DNA of 64,000 nt from an uncultured Gemmatimonadaceae bacterium (GTDB taxonomy: Bacteria; Gemmatimonadota; Gemmatimonadetes; Gemmatimonadales; Gemmatimonadaceae), in assembly GCA_963761305.1 (NCBI GenBank), contig CAVXGK010000002.1:1408001-1472000 (forward strand), given 5' to 3'. The stretch's first letter is position 1; each line of letters opens with the position of its first letter. This document shows positions 58,138-64,000 of this stretch, piece by piece. A model generated the notes under the pieces. The model had not been told where the DNA came from, did not search any database, and worked only from the letters and a program-made list of their open reading frames with translations. A program made the position numbers and the translations under genes.

Positions 58138-58896
58138 TCACTCCTGGCGTTCGCCGGCGGCGGCGATGGCGCGCTCCGACGAGCTGACGCCGTATAGACG
58201 ATGTAGCGCGTCGTCCATCACTGACCACACGGTCGTTGTCAGCTCGGATCGTGCGTCGTAGTCGAGGCCCGCGGTGGGGATGGGTTCGAGGAAGTGAAGA
58301 TCGACAACGCCGGACCGGATGCGGAACGAGCCTTTCGGCATGACCTCGCGCGCGCCGTGGACGATCGTTGGGATGACCGGCGCCTGCGACGCGATGGCGA
58401 AGACGAAGGGGCCTTTCTTGAACGGCCGCAAATGATAGTCGAAGCCGCGCGTCCCTTCGGGGCAGACGATGATCGAGCGTCCGCCCTGCACGGCGCCGGC
58501 GGCGACCTCGTACGATTCGAACGCCGACTTCAGGTTGTCGCGGTCGAGAAACACGATGCCCACGGTCTGGGCGGCGAAGCCGAAGAGCGGGATCTTCCGC
58601 AGCTCGGACTTGGCGATGAAGCTGCACCACGGCACTTCGGCGGCGAGCGCGAAGATGTCGAACCAGCTCACGTGGTTGGCGACGTACACAGCGCCCTGCC
58701 CCGCCGGCATGCGTTGGCCGTGCACGCGCACGCGCACGCCCGCCGCCCAGTTCACCGACCGCGCCCAGAAGCGCACGCAGCGGGAGTAGATCGAGTCGGG
58801 CCCCTGCCGCACGCGAAACAAGCCGGCGACGATGACGACCGGGCCGAGCACGGCCGTCATCACCAGCGCTACCAGACCGACGAACAGACTCCGCAT
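58138..58896 (-). CDS. plsC: 1-acyl-sn-glycerol-3-phosphate acyltransferase family
   Basis: NHVSWFD, FIAKSEL, FLDR, PEGTR, PFKKG; ATG overlaps the thiL stop. Confidence 0.9.
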   Translation of the reverse strand: MRSLFVGLVALVMTAVLGPVVIVAGLFRVRQGPDSIYSRCVRFWARSVNWAAGVRVRVHGQRMPAGQGAVYVANHVSWFDIFALAAEVPWCSFIAKSELRKIPLFGFAAQTVGIVFLDRDNLKSAFESYEVAAGAVQGGRSIIVCPEGTRGFDYHLRPFKKGPFVFAIASQAPVIPTIVHGAREVMPKGSFRIRSGVVDLHFLEPIPTAGLDYDARSELTTTVWSVMDDALHRLYGVSSSERAIAAAGERQE

Positions 58897-59816
58897 CAGT
58901 GAGAAAAGTGATCGTGCCCGGACACAGCGGCAACGCTCGCGCCGAGCACCTCGACCTCGGCCGGTCCGGCGACGACGCGGCCGATATGCGTCAGCGGAAT
59001 CTCGAAATGGCGGCCGAATTCGCGGACGTCGAACGTCGAGGCCGACGTGACAATCAGCTCGTACTCTTCGCCGCTGGCGAGGGCGGTCTCGACGTTCACA
59101 TCGCCGACGCACGGAACGCGCGCGGCGTCGATCTCGATGCGCACGCTACTCGCCGCGCTCAAGTGGCGTAGATCGCCGACGAGACCGTCGGATATGTCGA
59201 TGGCCGCCGTCGCCCCATTCTCGGCGAGCCACCGCGATTCGGCGAGACGCGGCGACGGGTTGGCGAAGCGCTCACGAAACGCCCCGGCGGACTCGCCGCG
59301 CATCAGACGCTCGAGCGCGGCGCGCGGCGCACCGAGTCGTCCGGTCACATACACATAGTTGCCGACGCGCGCGGTGCTGCGCAGCACTGGCGCGAACGCC
59401 GAGCCGAGCACGGTAGTGGTGATCGACAGCTCCGAGCCGTCGCTCAAGTTGCCGCCGAGCACGTACGTGTTCGCGTTCGACACAGCGTCGGCGACGCCGT
59501 CGGTGATCGCGTCGAGGTCCGATCGCCACGCGGCGGGAATCACCATCGAGACGAGCACACCGATCGGACGCGCCGCCATCGCCGCGAGATCGCTGAGCGC
59601 GGCGGCGACGCCGCGACGGCCGATCTCGCGCGGCGTGAACCACGCCGGCCCGAAGTGCTTTCCCTCGATGATGCTGTCGACACTGGCGACGAGCGAGTCG
59701 CCGCGCGGAATGGAGATGACGGCCGCGTCGTCGCCGATGCCCTTGGCGCGCGCGCCGATGCGTCGGAGGATCGTGCGGATGGCGTCGAATTCGGGGCCGG
59801 GGGAGAGCGCGGTCAT
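58896..59816 (-). CDS. thiL: Thiamine-monophosphate kinase
   Basis: GIGDDAA, EGKHF, SDLAAM, GGNL, IDISDGL, SGEEYEL. Confidence 0.95.
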   Translation of the reverse strand: MTALSPGPEFDAIRTILRRIGARAKGIGDDAAVISIPRGDSLVASVDSIIEGKHFGPAWFTPREIGRRGVAAALSDLAAMAARPIGVLVSMVIPAAWRSDLDAITDGVADAVSNANTYVLGGNLSDGSELSITTTVLGSAFAPVLRSTARVGNYVYVTGRLGAPRAALERLMRGESAGAFRERFANPSPRLAESRWLAENGATAAIDISDGLVGDLRHLSAASSVRIEIDAARVPCVGDVNVETALASGEEYELIVTSASTFDVREFGRHFEIPLTHIGRVVAGPAEVEVLGASVAAVSGHDHFSH

Positions 59817-61423
59817 GTCGGTGGACCGATAGACCGGTGGACCGGTGGACCGGCACGGCTCAAGAGCGACACCTCGGCTAGTACCGGATATCGCGATGGA
59901 CGGACGTCGAAGCTCCAGCTCGCGCGCAGCTCGCGAATGACGTCGTCGAGCGAGAGGCCGCGCACTACGTCGTCACCGCCGGCGCTCGCGCGCTCGGCGG
60001 CGCGGCCGTGGATCCATGCGCCGGCGGCGCCGGCGTGGAATGGATCGCCCATCTGCGCGAGCAGTGTCCCAGCGATACCGCTCAACACGTCCCCGCTGCC
60101 GCCTGTGGCGAGCACTGGAGTGCCGGCGGCGCTGACCAGTCGGTCGCCGTCGGGATTCGTGATGACAGTCGGCACACCCTTGAGCAGAATCGTCGCGCCG
60201 AGTTTCTTGGCGATGTCGCCGGCAATTTCGAATCTGTTCGCGAGGACCGCTGCCGGGTCGACGCCGGCGAGTCGGGAGAACTCGACGGCGTGCGGCGTGA
60301 GCAGCGCGGGACGGCCGCCGAGCAGTTTCGCCAGCTCGTCGACTCGGCCGGCGAAGATGGTGATCGCGTCGGCGTCGAGGAGCGTCGGCCCCTTCCATGT
60401 TTGCAGCACGCGCACGAGCAGGTCGGCGCTCGCGTTGTCGTGGCCGAGTCCGGGGCCTATGACGACGGCGTCGGCCCAGGAACCGATGTCGCGTGAGACG
60501 GCGTCAGCGTCCGCGGGCCATGCGGCGCAGAGCGCCTGCGGTTCGGCTTCCTGCACCGGCGCCACACTCTCGTTCGCGACGACGAGCTTCACCATGCCGA
60601 CGCCGCTTCTCATCGAGGATCGCGCGGCGAGGACGCTCGCGCCCGCCATGCCGCGCGCGCCGCCGACGATCGCGAGCTTCTTTCGAATTCCCTTGTGCGC
60701 GTCCCACGGAATCGGCGGCAGCTGACTCGCGACCCAGCGTTCGTCGACGAGCTGCGGCGTGCGCGAGTAGGGATCGACCGTCGAACCGGCGAGCCCTATG
60801 TCGAGCACGACGATGGTGCCGCACGCCTCGCGATTCACGAGATGGCCGCGCTTGACGGTGCCGAACGTGAGCGTGAGACCCGCGCGCGCGACTTCGCCGG
60901 GTGTTTCGCCGGTGGACGCATCCATTCCGCTCGGCACGTCAACGGCGACGACCCTCGCACCTCGCACGCGAGCCGCTTCGCATTCGGCGATCGCTTTCCC
61001 TATGTCGCCGCGCGGCGCACCGGTCGAGCCGGTGCCGAGGAGACCGTCGACGACGAGCGATTCGCCGCCGGAGAGCGGCTGGTTCAAACCGGCGACCGCG
61101 TCGGCACCGAGCAGCTCGACGGCGAGGGCGCGTTCCGAACGGCAGTCCGGCGACGCGGCGGGAACGGGTTCGACGACTCGCACCGAAACGCCGGCGGCGT
61201 GCAGCGCGCGCGCGATGACCCACGCGTCGCCGCCATTGTTTCCTGGACCGGCGAAGACGAGAGCGCCGGAGTCGAGGCGATCTCTGAATCGGAGCGCGAT
61301 CTCCGATGCGGCCGCCGCGCCGGCGCGTTGCATGAGCGCGCGCGAGGGAACGCCGGCGTTGATCGTCGAAGCGTCGAGCGCCGCGGACTCCGCACTCGTG
61401 ACCACGCGGACTAGGGCGCGCAC
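59813..61423 (-). CDS. nnr: Bifunctional NAD(P)H-hydrate epimerase/dehydratase
   Basis: LMQRAG, GPGNNGGD, VDGLLGTG, AVDVPSG; IGPGLG, LDADA, LTPHAVEF, LATGGSGDVLSG. Confidence 0.95.
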   Translation of the reverse strand: MRALVRVVTSAESAALDASTINAGVPSRALMQRAGAAAASEIALRFRDRLDSGALVFAGPGNNGGDAWVIARALHAAGVSVRVVEPVPAASPDCRSERALAVELLGADAVAGLNQPLSGGESLVVDGLLGTGSTGAPRGDIGKAIAECEAARVRGARVVAVDVPSGMDASTGETPGEVARAGLTLTFGTVKRGHLVNREACGTIVVLDIGLAGSTVDPYSRTPQLVDERWVASQLPPIPWDAHKGIRKKLAIVGGARGMAGASVLAARSSMRSGVGMVKLVVANESVAPVQEAEPQALCAAWPADADAVSRDIGSWADAVVIGPGLGHDNASADLLVRVLQTWKGPTLLDADAITIFAGRVDELAKLLGGRPALLTPHAVEFSRLAGVDPAAVLANRFEIAGDIAKKLGATILLKGVPTVITNPDGDRLVSAAGTPVLATGGSGDVLSGIAGTLLAQMGDPFHAGAAGAWIHGRAAERASAGGDDVVRGLSLDDVIRELRASWSFDVRPSRYPVLAEVSLLSRAGPPVHRSIGPPT

Positions 61424-61447
61424 GCCGCGTTTTTTTGGAGGTCTAGC

Positions 61448-61834
61448 TCAGACCGAAATCGCCCCGCACCACGGATACTCGCGCTCGAACGCCTGGTCGA
61501 AATCGAAGACGCCGATGAACTCATCTCGGCTGTCGGTCGGTTGGCTCATCAGGAGCCCGAGGTCGACCAGCGTGAACACGACGTCGCCGATGTCAGCGCT
61601 GGACCGCAGTCCCCAGTGCTCGAGGACGAGGCGGGACATGACGCCGAAGCGCTCGAGGGCCAGGTCGCGGCACGCCAGGGCCAGCTCTCGGCCGGTGATG
61701 TGGCGGCGTTCGTCGAGGCGCTGCTGGCAGTACTCCAGGGCCGCCAAGACGAAGACGTAGGCGCGCTCGTCGAACCGGGGTTCGCGGAGCCGGATGCGGT
61801 CCATGATGCCGTCCCGGAACGCCAGTTCAGGCAC
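61448..61834 (-). CDS. Minf_1886-like conserved hypothetical protein
   Basis: RFDERAYVFVLAAL...RHITGRELA...FGVMSRLVLEHWG...DIGDVVFTLVD...DSRDEF; GTG start inferred. Confidence 0.8.
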   Translation of the reverse strand: MPELAFRDGIMDRIRLREPRFDERAYVFVLAALEYCQQRLDERRHITGRELALACRDLALERFGVMSRLVLEHWGLRSSADIGDVVFTLVDLGLLMSQPTDSRDEFIGVFDFDQAFEREYPWCGAISV

Positions 61835-62032
61835 GGACGGAGGCAGTCGAGGGAGCCAAATGAGCCAATGATACGGGGTTGAGACGCCGAGGCACGCCCA
61901 AAAATGGCGCGTGCGGCTCCCTTCCACAACTCCCCAAGACGGTCAAAAAGCGGCGTCGAGCGGTAGGGTGGGATAATTGGTAGATTTATCCAATCCTGTG
62001 GTTCCCGGCAGCATCCTCGTTGCCCCCCGAGA

Positions 62033-63040
62033 ATGAAGCGCGCCTTCAAGTACGACGCCGCTATCAGTGCCACTGAGTTCGATGCCCTTGGAGTTGGCGA
62101 GCTCTCCCGACGTCTGCAGCACCGCATCGGCAAAACCGTCTACGCGACCCCGCGAAACGGCGAAAAACCCCAAACAGCCGCGACGATCGCGGCCGCAAAA
62201 CGGATCTTCGAGAAGGAAGCGCGAGTGGTCGTCGTGCTCTTCCAACGACTCTGGAGCGCGGGAACGGGCGCGACGGCGCACGACGCGGCCGCGCTCAGAA
62301 CGCGAATCGGAAAGCTCAAGCGGAAGGACGTGATCATCGTTCCGCTCGACAACGCGCCGATCCCCAGCTGGCTCAAGGGAACGGTGGTTCGCACCTCCGG
62401 TGCGCCGGCGAGCAGCGAAGTGGTCGACGCGATCGTCTCCGCCGTCGTGGCGGCCGGCGGCGTGTCCCGGCGTCAAACCGAAGCCGCCGTCGCGGCACGT
62501 GTGGCCGATGACGACAAGCGCGCCAAAGCCCGCTCGGCGTTCCTCGCGTCACAGCGGGCGCTGGCGCTCATCAACCGCGAGCTCGATTCATTGTCGAACG
62601 CGGTACTGCGTCTGTGTCAGACGCCGGGCACGCTGCCTCCTGGCCTCGCGCCTGAGATGCGGCGCACGCCGGATCGCTACACGGTGCAGCTCGGACCGGT
62701 GGGTCTCAGCTTCTCGTGGATCCGTGGCCGCTCGAACTCGATCGCCGACGGCCAGTTGCTGGTGATCGAATGGAGCGGCCAACTCGCCGACGCCACGCCG
62801 ACGACGGACTCCGAGATGGCGATGCCGGCGTTCGAGCACGTGCTGCAACCGCACGCGACGAGTCCGGAAGATTGGCATTGGCGCCGGACGGATCTCGATC
62901 TCTGCGCGTACACGACGCGCGATCTGGCGGCGCAGTGCGTGACGTCGGTCGTGAAGCGGCTTTCCAACGGAAAGCCCGCCACGAACGGGAACGGAGTTGC
63001 GAGGCCGGTTGTGGCAGCGGTCGCAGCGGGCGCCCGGTAA
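62033..63040 (+). CDS. Hypothetical protein with degenerate N-terminal TIR-like domain
   Basis: FKYDAAISA, IFEKEARVVVVLF..LW, IIVPLD..PIPSWL resemble the TIR_2 strand pattern. Confidence 0.55.
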   Translation: MKRAFKYDAAISATEFDALGVGELSRRLQHRIGKTVYATPRNGEKPQTAATIAAAKRIFEKEARVVVVLFQRLWSAGTGATAHDAAALRTRIGKLKRKDVIIVPLDNAPIPSWLKGTVVRTSGAPASSEVVDAIVSAVVAAGGVSRRQTEAAVAARVADDDKRAKARSAFLASQRALALINRELDSLSNAVLRLCQTPGTLPPGLAPEMRRTPDRYTVQLGPVGLSFSWIRGRSNSIADGQLLVIEWSGQLADATPTTDSEMAMPAFEHVLQPHATSPEDWHWRRTDLDLCAYTTRDLAAQCVTSVVKRLSNGKPATNGNGVARPVVAAVAAGAR

Positions 63041-63190
63041 GAGTCTCGGTTCCGGGCGGCCAAACTCCAACTGCTCGACGCAGAGTCGCAGAGGACGAGA
63101 GAGAGCCGCAGAGGTCTCTACCGCAGCGAGCCGGAAAATTGTTTGATAAGAGCCGCTCGGGGACCCACGCCGTGGCTTCCCGAGCGGTTG

Positions 63191-64000
63191 TCACAAGGAA
63201 GCTCTTGGCCTCCGTTGCGCGCGCGGGCTCCGGCGACCAGCGCAGCGGCTAGCTAGCGGAAATTCGCGCGTGAGTGCGTGTACGTCTTCGCGAACGGCCG
63301 CGGTGACGGTCTTGTCATCCGGAGCGGCCAGAACGCGATCGATGAGACTCGCGATGCGGCCCATCTCGCCCTCGCCCATGCCGCGCGTCGTCACGGCTGA
63401 CGTGCCCACGCGGATGCCGCTCGTTACGAACGGCGACTGCGTTTCCTTGGGCACTGTGTTCTTGTTGACCGTGATCGCGGCCTCGTCGAGCGCGATCTGC
63501 GCGACCTTGCCGGTGAGTCCACGGCTGCGGAGGTCGACCAGCATCAGATGGTTGTCCGTCCCGCCTGACACGATCTGAAATCCGCACGACGCGAGTGATT
63601 CCGCGAGGGCGCGGGCGTTGACGATCACGCGGCGCGCGTAGTCCTTGAACGACGGGTCGAGCGCTTCCTTGAAGCAGACGGCCTTCGCGGCGATCACGTG
63701 CTCGAGCGGGCCGCCCTGGGTTCCGGGGAAGACCGATTTGTCGATCGCCTTGCCGTGCGTCTCCTTGCAGAGAATGAGACCGCCGCGCGGGCCGCGCAGT
63801 GTCTTGTGCGTCGTCGTGGTGACGACGTCGGCGTGCGGAATGGGCGTCGGATACACGCCGGCGGCGACGAGCCCGGCGAAGTGCGCCATGTCCACCATGA
63901 GCACCGCGCCGATCTCACGCGCGATGTCGGCGAACGCGGCGAAGTCGATCACGCGCGAATACGCGCTGTAGCCGGCGAGCACGAGCTTGGGCCGATGCTC
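63191..64000 (-). CDS. glyA: Serine hydroxymethyltransferase, 5'-truncated by window edge
   Basis: [50 protein letters not shown]. Confidence 0.98.
   Translation of the reverse strand, partial: EHRPKLVLAGYSAYSRVIDFAAFADIAREIGAVLMVDMAHFAGLVAAGVYPTPIPHADVVTTTTHKTLRGPRGGLILCKETHGKAIDKSVFPGTQGGPLEHVIAAKAVCFKEALDPSFKDYARRVIVNARALAESLASCGFQIVSGGTDNHLMLVDLRSRGLTGKVAQIALDEAAITVNKNTVPKETQSPFVTSGIRVGTSAVTTRGMGEGEMGRIASLIDRVLAAPDDKTVTAAVREDVHALTREFPLASRCAGRRSPRAQRRPRASL

Noticed and set aside
63246..63260. CTAGCTAG at the glyA 3' end as an IS excision footprint
   Set aside because: The frame stays open to a stop at 63191 and there is no other IS evidence; chance or a base-call error is equally likely.

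Overview
High-GC bacterial DNA; gene content and order suggest Gemmatimonadota (inference). Three blocks. (1) About 1.8-34.7 kb: after the 3' part of an SNF2 helicase comes an accessory stress/low-oxygen-type cluster (three universal stress proteins, two BON proteins, Hsp20, an extra sigma-70, a P1B-5 ATPase, AMP/thymidine-phosphorylase-like plus PRPP synthetase, phosphoketolase plus acetate kinase, SulP, a NarL-type response regulator, a HisKA_3 kinase, a Tat multicopper oxidase, YceI and a porin-like protein). It carries deletion-scarred remnants of nirK, nosD, rrf2 and mgtC-ppsA. Most promoter regions in this block contain tandem copies, 21-23 bp apart, of a degenerate 17-bp palindrome GTCRG-N7-CYGAC. 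(2) About 34.8-55.9 kb: a ~21 kb island bounded by an 81-bp direct repeat that includes the 3' half of tRNA-Met. It encodes a SusC/SusD polysaccharide-utilisation locus (three GH13, GH2, GH147-like, GH97, SSS and MFS transporters) and has no recognisable integrase. (3) About 55.9-64 kb: core genome (tRNA-Met, tRNA-fMet, ftsB-like, eno, plsC-like, thiL, nnr, Minf_1886-like, a degenerate TIR-like protein, glyA). Three genes carry single-base frameshifts that may be sequencing errors. All family assignments are from motif recognition by eye; no database search was run.
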